Shown here: positions 51,235 to 60,026 of the stretch, in pieces | Numbering within the stretch: position 1 is the stretch's first letter | How the letters are laid out: each line of letters starts with the position of its first letter | Position numbers and translations under genes: made by a program | Notes under the pieces: generated by a model | What the model saw: the letters and a program-made list of their open reading frames with translations, nothing else | Told to the model about the DNA's origin: nothing | Database searches by the model: none | Assembly (NCBI GenBank): GCA_014240385.1 | Contig: JAAZXA010000068.1 | Span: 29,090-93,089, forward strand | Length of the DNA: 64,000 bases | From: Methanobacteriota archaeon | Lineage (GTDB): Archaea; Thermoplasmatota; Poseidoniia; Poseidoniales; Poseidoniaceae | Direction: 5' to 3'

Positions 51235-51948
51235 ATGGCGTGGGGAGGCCTCCTTTACCTCAAGCACCTTTGGGATTCTTGGAAAAGTCACCGAATAGGA
51301 ATATATGGCCTGTGGGCGTGTGGTAAGACCACCCTGAATCGTTATTTGAATACCTCTGGGGATCTCGAAGAAGATACTGCCCGTATGACTAGCACCGCTC
51401 ACCCCTATGATAAGAAGAAGAAGCAGTATGTTCCACCAAATGCAACCCGCAAGAGAATTCATGTTTTGTCCGAAGCAAATCAGTCATTCCGTAGAACCAT
51501 TCTCTCGTCTGATATTGGAGGCCAGTCCGAATATTTCAATCTCTGGGTTCGAGATTTGGTGTTGCGTGATGTTGAAGTAATCATCTATCTGGTTGATTCA
51601 AGGGATGATCCAGATGGGCTTCAAGAGGCAACATTTCGAGACTTTACGAGAATTATTGCCGAGAGAGATTTCCGTTTTACTGAACGAAAATTGAGGAAAA
51701 AGGCCAGAAATTATCAGCCGAAGGTGGTAGCCCTTGTTGCCAATAAATCGGACCTTTGGCTCAATCCAGACGAACGGGCGTATTACGAGGGGTCTGGCAT
51801 TGGCAGGCATCCAATTTTTGATGCTTACAGGCCGCACTTGGTACGGCTACAGAGAGCCGGTATTCCTACTTTGAAGCGAAGTATTTCAGCCCTCCATGGG
51901 TATGATGTGGAGCGATTAATATGGGATTGCTTGAAGGCGAAGTCGTGA
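51235..51948 (+). CDS. Arf-like small GTPase (Ras superfamily)
   Basis: GLWACGKTTL (P-loop G1), DIGGQ (G3, Arf/Galpha-type), IIYLVDSRDD, NKSDL (G4) with ~50-aa insert between G3 and G4; GAAGGGGGTG SD before ATG 51235. Confidence 0.6.
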   Translation: MAWGGLLYLKHLWDSWKSHRIGIYGLWACGKTTLNRYLNTSGDLEEDTARMTSTAHPYDKKKKQYVPPNATRKRIHVLSEANQSFRRTILSSDIGGQSEYFNLWVRDLVLRDVEVIIYLVDSRDDPDGLQEATFRDFTRIIAERDFRFTERKLRKKARNYQPKVVALVANKSDLWLNPDERAYYEGSGIGRHPIFDAYRPHLVRLQRAGIPTLKRSISALHGYDVERLIWDCLKAKS

Positions 51949-51960
51949 TATGACTAAACC
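51948..51960 (+). promoter_or_regulatory. TATA-like box TGATATGACTAAACC, 14 nt before ATG 51975
   Basis: ATAYGRCTGAACC-N14-ATG family. Confidence 0.45.
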
Positions 51961-51974
51961 ACTTGGCAACTACC

Positions 51975-52748
51975 ATGTCGATGTTTGGCGATGAGGCTTC
52001 GAGTGGTCTGGAGGATTCTCATTTTATGTCGAATGTGAGGTTCACCTTCGATGACAATCCGGATCCATACAAACGAAGAAAGATAAATATGAAAAACGCG
52101 TATGGCGTTTTGAAACCAAAGCGTAGATGGAGGATTGGTTCCCCCGTCCATAACAATGCAGGACAATGTTGTGTTACTGGTATTGATTTGAGGGCTTTGG
52201 GTGCTGAAGCTTACAACAGGGCTTTACTTGACCCGCATACCCTGCAGCCTGTGGATGATGGTCGAACATTGATGACTGAGTTCTTTCTAGATCATTTGAC
52301 GGGCAAACCAGTTCAGTTTGCGGCTCAATCTGGAGTTACTACTGGTTTGCCGCTTCGTTCGTCTTATTGTCCAGGATTATTGCAGATTTATTGGTTGTAT
52401 ACTCAATGGAAATATGAAACCGATATGGAAGAACAGGGTAGGAATAGTTCATTCCTTAGAAGTAGAGGTATTGAATTAAAGCCTTTGAGAAGAAAGGATG
52501 TCAAAAAGCGCAATAGACCCTTGTTAGTCGATGAAATTGAGCCTTTTTTTGCTAAGGTCAAAATGCATGAAGGGCAGGGCATAACCATTGTTGAGTATTC
52601 TAATCCTGATGAAAATTCTAACTTCTTCGGAGAGATTGATTTAGTACACATAACATTGGATTTGCGGAAGATGCGAAGCGAGGAATTAAATAGGGAAAAG
52701 ACAAAGGGGGGCAACCCCTCCGATAATCAAAGCGAGGTTATACCATGA
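51975..52748 (+). CDS. hypothetical protein, 257 aa
   Basis: start set by N14 box (track uses TTG 51963). Confidence 0.5.
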   Translation: MSMFGDEASSGLEDSHFMSNVRFTFDDNPDPYKRRKINMKNAYGVLKPKRRWRIGSPVHNNAGQCCVTGIDLRALGAEAYNRALLDPHTLQPVDDGRTLMTEFFLDHLTGKPVQFAAQSGVTTGLPLRSSYCPGLLQIYWLYTQWKYETDMEEQGRNSSFLRSRGIELKPLRRKDVKKRNRPLLVDEIEPFFAKVKMHEGQGITIVEYSNPDENSNFFGEIDLVHITLDLRKMRSEELNREKTKGGNPSDNQSEVIP

Positions 52749-53449
52749 GCTTCTACAATCCAAACCCCACACCACAAAATACGAACGCTAATGTCGGTAA
52801 TCCGTTCTCTAAGGCACCTCCAGTGCCAACTGGAGCACCAATGGGTATGCAGGGTATGCAGCCAATGGGACAACAAAACCCCTATGGTATGTATCAACCA
52901 ACGCCACAGGCTTTGTGGGCTCAACTTGGTTATCAAACCGAGCCCTCTTTGGTTGAACTCATTCGAGATTTAGTTGTACAGAATTCTTTGGATTCTGCGC
53001 GATTCGCCGTTGAGGGGGGTTTCTTCGCTGATATTGCAATTATGGAGCAACTGATTGATTATCGCTTGAAGGAGTTCTTCACCAATTTCCGATTAGAAAT
53101 ACACCAAGACGCTACGCAAGAAGGTGCTATGTTCATCAAACCTGCTCCAGAGCAGCCTACGGATGAAGGAAAGAGATTGGCAACCCTCACCCAAAGTGAT
53201 TTGACTGCGAAGGTTGAGGAAATCAAGGGTGCAATTCGAGATAATCTATTGCAGACTGCGGATCAGAAAATTGAGTTGCATATCCAGGCGTCTGCTTTGG
53301 CTACGCAACAAGGATTCATGGGCTCTCTTCTAGCAGAGGACGCTAATGGGCAAAGAGGCGGCATTCTTTCTGCTACTGCAGGAGTTGCAGGAGGCATTCT
53401 AAGATCTGCTGCAGGTCTTCCACCTGCGCCAAAACCACCGGGGGCTTGA
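52745..53449 (+). CDS. protein with P/Q/M-rich N-terminus, 234 aa
   Basis: ATG overlaps upstream stop (ATGA); GMQGMQPMGQQNPYGMYQ low complexity. Confidence 0.5.
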   Translation: MSFYNPNPTPQNTNANVGNPFSKAPPVPTGAPMGMQGMQPMGQQNPYGMYQPTPQALWAQLGYQTEPSLVELIRDLVVQNSLDSARFAVEGGFFADIAIMEQLIDYRLKEFFTNFRLEIHQDATQEGAMFIKPAPEQPTDEGKRLATLTQSDLTAKVEEIKGAIRDNLLQTADQKIELHIQASALATQQGFMGSLLAEDANGQRGGILSATAGVAGGILRSAAGLPPAPKPPGA

Positions 53450-53453
53450 TTAA

Positions 53454-53753
53454 ATGAGTGTTGAAAGAGTTGATGAATTGCTAACAGAGATGGCGTCCGG
53501 TTCGAAGTCAAGAAAGAAAGAAATAGATGTTTATTCGATTATGGATGATTGGTTTCAACCTAAATCAGAATTGATGAAGCATGTGATTATTATTCAAATG
53601 ATTGCTTGTATTATCGTATCGATGTTCCTTTTGATTACTGTCGGAGATTCTCTGAGTAGTGAGGGCTTGCTCTTTGCAGTCATGGCTTTCATGTTGTTTG
53701 TTGGCGGATCCTTCCAATTTTACAATCGAATGACGGGTGGAGGGAGATACTGA
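53454..53753 (+). CDS. membrane protein, 99 aa
   Basis: two TM helices; tight coupling to upstream gene. Confidence 0.45.
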   Translation: MSVERVDELLTEMASGSKSRKKEIDVYSIMDDWFQPKSELMKHVIIIQMIACIIVSMFLLITVGDSLSSEGLLFAVMAFMLFVGGSFQFYNRMTGGGRY

Positions 53754-54017
53754 TGCCTTCGGCTAACCATCCTGCATTGTTGATTCCCAAGGTTGCACCA
53801 GTAGCACCTATGAGCCTTTCACTATACTACCTCTACAAACGACCATCAGATTGGAAGGTTGCAGTATCTACGCTGATATTTTCATCGGCCTTGTTGGTTG
53901 CAGGTCTAAGGTGAGGTTTTGATACATTGTACCCAAGTTTGCCCTGAATGTGGCAAAGTTGCATGTGTTGGGCATATGCGATGTCATTCATGCGGGTATT
54001 TTCTTCGCGTTGAAGAT

Positions 54018-54995
54018 CTAGTTCGGTAGTCCATATTCCAGAACTTCATCTAGAAGCTTCTCGTAATCAGCATCATACTCTTCTGCGTCTGGCCTTCCCT
54101 TTCTGCCGCTATTGACGAAATACACACCGTAAGGAACACGGCCTTGAGATACCATGTATTCTGCGACTCTGTGATTAGAGAGCAGCAAAGCAAATGAATG
54201 TGTTAAACCCGCATTGCGTCCCATCGTTTTATTGAAGCGAGGGCCTTTTGGCCGTCCCCTTGTATTTTTCTCCAACTTACGAACCCAATTTTGGTATGAA
54301 GTGTAACGAACATAGGGAATCCCTCGTTCTTTGATCTGCTCAATCACTTCCCAACAAGAGCCAAAACCATGATTTGAGACTCGGGTATCATCATAACCGT
54401 AAGTAACTGAAAAATCATTCCGCCCAGGGGCTATCTCAATGTTAGAATTCAAAACTTGACCGCCATGAGTTCTGGATTCAACTTTGACCCATTCTCCCTT
54501 AATTTGCTTTGGACGGCCATGAGCAGTCCAACACCACAACGAAAAAGGAGTCCTATGCATTTCATTGATACTTGGATCTCTTTTGTAATCCTTCCAATCC
54601 TTGAATCTGCAAAGAACGGTGATGTCGCCCCCATTGACCGCTCTATCAAACGAGTTTGCTTGAATAGAGATTAACGCCCGAGTAAATCCGAGTTCTTCTT
54701 CATATCGAGGCGTAGTTCTTGGTTCTCGATTATTGAATGGCCCCCGATTAAGTCGAACTGGGTGCTCATCAGGAAGATGGCCGATGAAATTTGATGCTTC
54801 CACATCAGGTTTGAGCAACATGGATATTGTACCCACGCGCTTGTTGATTTCCAATCTCACTTTTTCTTCGCCATCCCATGTAGGGTTGCGCTTAGGACAA
54901 CAGTAGCAAGCAACAGTGGCTCTACTCAGCCCGTCCAAACACCATTCAAATTCCCAATCGTCATTTCCTTCTAATTCACGCACTATTACTCGCAT
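54018..54995 (-). CDS. hypothetical protein, 325 aa (possible nuclease / homing-endonuclease-like; unassigned)
   Basis: ATG 54993-54995; no motif or SD; basic, Cys pair CYCCPK; sits between plus-strand block and tRNA-Arg. Confidence 0.45.
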   Translation of the reverse strand: MRVIVRELEGNDDWEFEWCLDGLSRATVACYCCPKRNPTWDGEEKVRLEINKRVGTISMLLKPDVEASNFIGHLPDEHPVRLNRGPFNNREPRTTPRYEEELGFTRALISIQANSFDRAVNGGDITVLCRFKDWKDYKRDPSINEMHRTPFSLWCWTAHGRPKQIKGEWVKVESRTHGGQVLNSNIEIAPGRNDFSVTYGYDDTRVSNHGFGSCWEVIEQIKERGIPYVRYTSYQNWVRKLEKNTRGRPKGPRFNKTMGRNAGLTHSFALLLSNHRVAEYMVSQGRVPYGVYFVNSGRKGRPDAEEYDADYEKLLDEVLEYGLPN

Positions 54996-55297
54996 AAGGA
55001 AAATAAGGGTGGTCTCGGCTCATAAACCCCACGATGGGGGAAGACTAAACCGAATGATCCCCGTAGGGCCAAGTGGACGGCAGGAGGGGCATCGGAGAGG
55101 TCGACACACGCAAATGTGCAGACTCCGATACTCCTGTCGTCCACCTGAGCATTAGAAATAAATGGCGGCGGTATATGTGATCTTCGCTGACCCCCCCCCC
55201 ATGAAAGTGAAAGTGTTGAATATGAATTGAGCCCCGGCGATACTGAGGGTATATGAACTATGCATAGTGGAAGAATTTCCTTGCGGCAGTAATGAAG

Positions 55298-55371
55298 CGG
55301 CCCCACGGGGATTTGAACCCCGGTTACTGGTTCCGCAAACCAGTGTGATATCCAAGCTACACTATGGGGCC
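55298..55371 (-). tRNA. tRNA-Arg (anticodon GCG), archaeal-type, no encoded CCA
   Basis: revcomp GGCCCCA..CTGGT-TTGCGGA-ACCAG..GGGG-TTCAAAT-CCCC-G-TGGGGCC-G; 7-nt loop TTGCGGA. Confidence 0.7.
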
Positions 55372-55839
55372 TTAATCTTCCCATTCATCTTCTCTGTAGT
55401 GGCATTCTACGGAATAGTTGTCCATTTCTATGTCGTCGATCTCCGCCTTCTCGCGTTCCTCTACCAATTTTTGCGTTAGGGCTACGGCCAATACGCCATC
55501 ATCCATAGAGAATCTCCAGAACATTGTTACAAGGCTTACCTTTCCCGGCCCTCCAACCATAGGTACAAGTTCTAGATTGTGTCCTTCGTATTGTTCTTCC
55601 CACCCTGGCACTAATTTCTGAATTTCACCCATTACAGATTCAGCATTGCCGAGGCCGTCAACTTCGAAGGTCACTTCAACCATCCAACATCTTAGGTTGG
55701 AAAGTTCCTCTTGTACAATTTCTGCTAATTCATTAGACAGTTTTTCATTATCTATCTTAATCTCGGTTGAGTCGCAGTTCGGACATTCCTTTTGTCCATC
55801 GACCCATGGTTTTCCACATATTGCACATTTCTTTTTCAT
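55372..55839 (-). CDS. N-terminal Zn-ribbon protein, 155 aa
   Basis: CAICGKPW...CPNCDS; GAGGCGG SD-like upstream. Confidence 0.5.
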   Translation of the reverse strand: MKKKCAICGKPWVDGQKECPNCDSTEIKIDNEKLSNELAEIVQEELSNLRCWMVEVTFEVDGLGNAESVMGEIQKLVPGWEEQYEGHNLELVPMVGGPGKVSLVTMFWRFSMDDGVLAVALTQKLVEEREKAEIDDIEMDNYSVECHYREDEWED

Positions 55840-55971
55840 CTTAATCCGCCTCGTATTGGTGGTGTCCGCATTGGAGGCAGATTACAATTACCCCCGCCCC
55901 ACAGAACTGGTTGCTCGGAACCTCATTCATAATTACATCCATTGATTCGCACTCCCTACACCGCATTGGGA

Positions 55972-56559
55972 TCACGACTTCATCAATTTCTTGATTTCTC
56001 GTACCCCATCTTCCATGTTATGAGGTTCCCAATCGCCATATTTCCATGTGAAGTCTTTCACTATGGCCCCTTGACGATTTCTCTTGTCCACCTTGACCCA
56101 GAGGATCTTAGCGAAGCAGAAGGGGTATTTTCCGTATTCTTCGAAATATTTACTGATGTACCAGAAAGCAGTCTCTGGGTCTTTGGTGATAGCTTCGATG
56201 CCGAAGTTCACGCCTTCTCTCCTGGTAGGACATTTTTTCAAATGACAATATACAGGTAGATTGTGATTGTAGACAATGAATAAATTGTCGGTTTTTCGTC
56301 TGAATATCGCTTTCCAAAACGGCATCTTTGGGGCTTCTTCCTTCATGCCATCGAGCGCATTCTGTAGTTCTCTTTTGTGAAAATCTTTGAGTTTTCGGAT
56401 TTCCCGCTCATGGCTATTTTTCATTTCTTGGTCTCTTTTTTGCAGGGCCATTTCTCTTTCGAGAGATGTTCCGTCATTCACCAATGGAAGGTTTGCCTTC
56501 GCTTTTTCGTTCATATCTCTATGTTTTTGTTTTCTGCCTTCGGAACGCTTTTCGCCCAT
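55972..56559 (-). CDS. hypothetical protein, 195 aa
   Basis: strong SD GAGGTGA (plus-strand tcacctc 56564-56570) 7 nt upstream. Confidence 0.55.
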   Translation of the reverse strand: MGEKRSEGRKQKHRDMNEKAKANLPLVNDGTSLEREMALQKRDQEMKNSHEREIRKLKDFHKRELQNALDGMKEEAPKMPFWKAIFRRKTDNLFIVYNHNLPVYCHLKKCPTRREGVNFGIEAITKDPETAFWYISKYFEEYGKYPFCFAKILWVKVDKRNRQGAIVKDFTWKYGDWEPHNMEDGVREIKKLMKS

Positions 56560-56747
56560 TTCTTCACCTCATTTTCTTTGTGTTAGCAAGTCGGTTACAG
56601 TAAGAGCAACAAGGCCGAATCCGAATACCACTAGGGATCTTTGCATGATTCCTGTTTCCAACATCATGCCCAATCCTGCGCAGAGCATTCCAATTAGTGC
56701 TGCCCTTCTCTTGAATGCGTTTTCTATTGTTTCAATCATTGTCCCAC

Positions 56748-57239
56748 CTATTGGAATTTCTTGTCCCAGTCTCGAATCTCTACAGTCTTAACGAACTTGG
56801 TTCCTTTGCCCTTGCATACATGGCATGAGCCCTTGTAATGTTGGTGGCCTTTGCATTCAGGATAGGTTGAGCATACGAATACCTTCTTTACAGTCCACAC
56901 TGGTTCTTGGTATTCTTTGAAAGCCATGGGCAATAATAGAAATGCCCATTGGTTGCCAAAGAAATCTTTGTGTTCATCGTTAAGATCTGATGGCGGCATT
57001 GTTCGGGCGTGTGTTGAGCGTTCAAAGGGGCCGAATGCTGCCTCTTTCCGTTCTAAATGGCCCAATGTAGAGATGCCGTATGGGGTTTTCTTGCTTATTT
57101 CATCAACTATTTCTTTCATCATCTTCTCTACATTCTCTACTGTTCTTTCGTCTGAATCTTCGATGGATTTGTTCAGGTTGATGGCCCAATGCATCTTCAA
57201 CTCAGGTTTTTCCTTTTGTTGGTTTTTTCTTACAGTCAA
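56748..57239 (-). CDS. hypothetical protein with C-terminal Cys cluster, 163 aa
   Basis: TTG start with GAGGAGGA SD 6 nt upstream (overlaps stop of upstream gene); alternative ATG at MHWAINL. Confidence 0.45.
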   Translation of the reverse strand: MTVRKNQQKEKPELKMHWAINLNKSIEDSDERTVENVEKMMKEIVDEISKKTPYGISTLGHLERKEAAFGPFERSTHARTMPPSDLNDEHKDFFGNQWAFLLLPMAFKEYQEPVWTVKKVFVCSTYPECKGHQHYKGSCHVCKGKGTKFVKTVEIRDWDKKFQ

Positions 57240-57547
57240 GCTTCATCCTCCTCTTGGTTTAGAACTTCTGTGTCGTTAAGTGTGATTTTCCCATCTCCAT
57301 CGTTGTCTTCAAGAGATAGTATGCCTGTTGGAGACCCCATCGTTAGACGCCATATTTTCTCATTTACAATAATATCCCCAGCAATGGTTGGCCCTTCGAA
57401 TATTGTGATAACCCACCAGCCTACGGTTCCTCCGATAATTATCAGTCCTAGGTAATTTATGGGCGTTGATGGGTCAAATATGATGAAACATAGCATCGTA
57501 GCAATAATTGAAGCGAATATTGGCCTACCTAGATCTCGGTTATTCAT
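57236..57547 (-). CDS. membrane protein, 103 aa
   Basis: GGTGAG SD-like; two TM helices. Confidence 0.5.
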   Translation of the reverse strand: MNNRDLGRPIFASIIATMLCFIIFDPSTPINYLGLIIIGGTVGWWVITIFEGPTIAGDIIVNEKIWRLTMGSPTGILSLEDNDGDGKITLNDTEVLNQEEDEA

Positions 57548-57563
57548 GTGCTCACCGAACCTT

Positions 57564-58385
57564 CTACTCTTCCTCAGTCGCTTGATTGTTTTGGAAAGGA
57601 ATGGTTATTTCAGGTTCGGCCACAAGGGTTGGATGTATGCCTTCTACTACCTCTCCATCAACATCCATCATGCCATAGATGTACAAATTCTTTTTCTCGA
57701 GAATGTTCTTGATTGTCTGTCTGTGCCAGACCACCTTTCCCTTCCTTGTTTTGATGGCTTTTGTTGCTAGTTCATTGATTATGTCGGATATTGTGTAGCC
57801 TTGAGTTTCCATATTGAAGATTATGTTTACTACGCTTGCTTCTTCTTCGTTTGGTACAAGCAAACCTTTCTTGGATCTCTTTCCTGTATCATCGATTTCA
57901 ATATTCATGTCATACCCATAGGGGGGTGTTCCAAGCCAAATTCCTTTCAACTTTGCACCTGCCATGCCCATTTTGACTCTTTCTTTGATTTCATTTCGCC
58001 TTAGTTCAGCCAATGCTGCGAATACTATGTAGAAGAAGCGGCCTTGAACCGTTGTAGTGTCCATTTGTTCAGAGATACATGCAATATGGCAGTTGTTTGT
58101 ATCAATTGTGTTTACAAATTCAATTGCGTTCATGGTGTTGCGATGAAACCGGTCTAGTTTGTAACCAACTACTGCGTCCCATTCTTCGCCCATGGTTTCC
58201 ATCATCGCACCATATCCAGGCCTGTTGTCTGTGAATCCACCTGATCCTGTATCTGAGTAGCTTCGAATGTAAGTCCAACCTTGCATTTCGATGTAGTTCT
58301 GGCAAAGCCTCAACTGTTCCTCTAGGCTGTGGCCTTTTGCTTCTTGCTTCTCGGTTGAAACTCTTGTGTAGATTATTGCTCGCAT
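57564..58385 (-). CDS. serine recombinase (resolvase/invertase family) with C-terminal extension
   Basis: N-terminal MRAIIYTRVSTEKQ catalytic-Ser motif; GGAGAGGAAG SD; 273 aa. Confidence 0.7.
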   Translation of the reverse strand: MRAIIYTRVSTEKQEAKGHSLEEQLRLCQNYIEMQGWTYIRSYSDTGSGGFTDNRPGYGAMMETMGEEWDAVVGYKLDRFHRNTMNAIEFVNTIDTNNCHIACISEQMDTTTVQGRFFYIVFAALAELRRNEIKERVKMGMAGAKLKGIWLGTPPYGYDMNIEIDDTGKRSKKGLLVPNEEEASVVNIIFNMETQGYTISDIINELATKAIKTRKGKVVWHRQTIKNILEKKNLYIYGMMDVDGEVVEGIHPTLVAEPEITIPFQNNQATEEE

Positions 58386-58703
58386 TTACTCTTCCTCTCC
58401 CCTGTCCCAATTTTGGAAGTCAACTGGAGCACCGTTTGATTCAATAAGGGGGGTGTCGGACTCGCTCTTGAAAACTGCTTGAAGGCGTAAATGTTGCCGC
58501 CATACCCTCATTTGGTCGTTTTCGATGGGTATAGGCTCATCACATTCACATTCAGGGGCAGGCACATCCAAATAGTCTGCTGTTGCCATCACGCAATCAG
58601 CGATTAGGTCAATTTTCCCGTTGATCTGGTCGATTGATGATTTGATTATCCAGAAAAAGATTGATGCAAAAATAATTGCAACTGTCAAGTGAATTTCGTG
58701 CAT
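58386..58703 (-). CDS. membrane protein, 105 aa
   Basis: N-terminal TM helix; ATG in ..GAACGAACC-ATG context. Confidence 0.45.
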   Translation of the reverse strand: MHEIHLTVAIIFASIFFWIIKSSIDQINGKIDLIADCVMATADYLDVPAPECECDEPIPIENDQMRVWRQHLRLQAVFKSESDTPLIESNGAPVDFQNWDRGEEE

Positions 58704-59082
58704 GGTTCGTTCACCATAACCTTGGTTAATTGTCGCTATGAAGGGTCAGTCGTATTACACCTTCGCCCTGTGAACCGAATTATCACCCGTTTAACACGCT
58801 ATTCCCCCCCACATAGGGGGTATGTTGACGATGAAGGAGTTCCTTTGCGCTCAACCCCCCCACCTTCATAGTCAAAAACGGGTATTTTTCACCTCATAAC
58901 TTCTCATTGAATCGCAAGTCCTCACATCACATCTCAATTGTAAGGTTGGGGTGGAATGAACCTCATGTGGTTCTGCGCTTCTAACCTTCGTTCACAGGCA
59001 ATTCCAATTCCTATCTACACATTAGGGGTGAATTACCTACTTCGTGCAACAAGGGATCTAGATGAAACAATAGGAAACAAGG

Positions 59083-59156
59083 CGGGTCATGCAGGGTTCG
59101 AACCTGCGGCCTACTGGTTAAGAGCCAGTCGCTCTACCTGACTAAGCTAATGACCC
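59083..59156 (-). tRNA. tRNA-Lys (anticodon CTT), archaeal-type
   Basis: revcomp GGGTCAT-TA-GCTT-AGTCAGGTA-GAGC-G-ACTGG-CTCTTAA-CCAGT-AGGCC-GCAGG-TTCGAAC-CCTGC-ATGACCC-G(CC). Confidence 0.75.
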
Positions 59157-59263
59157 AGTTGTTAGTGTGGTGTCCGACTTCGCAGAAGTCATAGGGTTAG
59201 TATGGTGTGAGGACCGTTGTTCGCTCCATCGGACGGACCAAGCGAAGTGTTTTAGTCGGATAA

Positions 59264-59572
59264 TCATTTCCAAGGATTTAGGCTATTTATGTTGTAATCA
59301 ACCAACAGATCAGTCTTCTTCGAAGAGGATTTGTCGTTGATGTACCAACCGAGGGCGGTGCAAGCAAAGTCTCCAAGGATGTTTAGGGCTGTGTCTTTGG
59401 AGTTATCGGGGAATACGCTGCTGAGTTTTTCCTTGAGGTAGTAATTTTCAAGCAGTTCGAAGGCAGTATGGAGAACCAATGTGGTTCCAAGAGTTAGGCC
59501 TACCCCTCTGGCGATTACGCCCATGGCAGCGTGTCCGATTGAGTATGGATCAATGAAGCCCTGGTTGCTCAT
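59264..59572 (-). CDS. hypothetical protein, 102 aa
   Basis: ATG 59570-59572 with AGGAGGGAG SD 4 nt upstream (track ORF extends further to 59680). Confidence 0.5.
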   Translation of the reverse strand: MSNQGFIDPYSIGHAAMGVIARGVGLTLGTTLVLHTAFELLENYYLKEKLSSVFPDNSKDTALNILGDFACTALGWYINDKSSSKKTDLLVDYNINSLNPWK

Positions 59573-60015
59573 TAATCTCCCTCCTTGAATTTCAATAATG
59601 GTGTACCGTAGGAGCTTTCCCGGAATACATCCAGGTCTTTGTGCCTCAGTAGTGCTCCACTGCCCATCTTGGAGTACCACATTCCCTCAATCTTTCTAGA
59701 TCCATGCTTTACCGTGATGTCGCCTATGGCGTTAATTTCTCCGTATATGCAAACTGTGGCTTTATCGTCCTCAAAGGTAGGGGTATAACCGTGTTTTTTG
59801 TAAAACCTGATGAACTCTAGATAAGATGATGTTCCATCTTTGTTAAGATCTATTTCATTCCATACCCATCTGTCCTTTACACCGATGGTGAATGCTATGC
59901 AATTGTAGGCTTTGGTGTATCTATCGATTACCTCGTATTTGAGGTGTGGGAATTGGTTTCTGTAAGTTGTGAGCAACCGGGGTCGATGTGGATGAGGCCC
60001 TCTCAGTTCATGCAC
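59572..60015 (-). CDS. hypothetical protein, 147 aa (GTG start)
   Basis: track ORF; AGGGGG ~9 nt upstream of GTG. Confidence 0.4.
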   Translation of the reverse strand: MHELRGPHPHRPRLLTTYRNQFPHLKYEVIDRYTKAYNCIAFTIGVKDRWVWNEIDLNKDGTSSYLEFIRFYKKHGYTPTFEDDKATVCIYGEINAIGDITVKHGSRKIEGMWYSKMGSGALLRHKDLDVFRESSYGTPLLKFKEGD

Positions 60016-60026
60016 TTAGAGGCCCC

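Noticed and set aside
53930-54027. 35-aa Zn-ribbon micro-ORF with TTG start and GGTGAGG SD
   Set aside because: It relies on a non-ATG start and overlaps the 3' end of the convergent gene 54018..54995. Plausible but unsupported.
56377-56586. Plus-strand CCCGCTCATGG giving an ORF with an internal 'FPLM' read-through
   Set aside because: This is a single motif copy in the opposite orientation, inside the coding sequence of an SD-driven minus-strand gene (55972..56559). It is consistent with chance at about 0.5 expected per window.
55298-59156. Prophage att sites formed by the two flanking tRNAs
   Set aside because: The two tRNAs are different isotypes (Arg-GCG and Lys-CTT). No duplicated tRNA 3' segment was seen by eye. 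This is kept as a hypothesis only.
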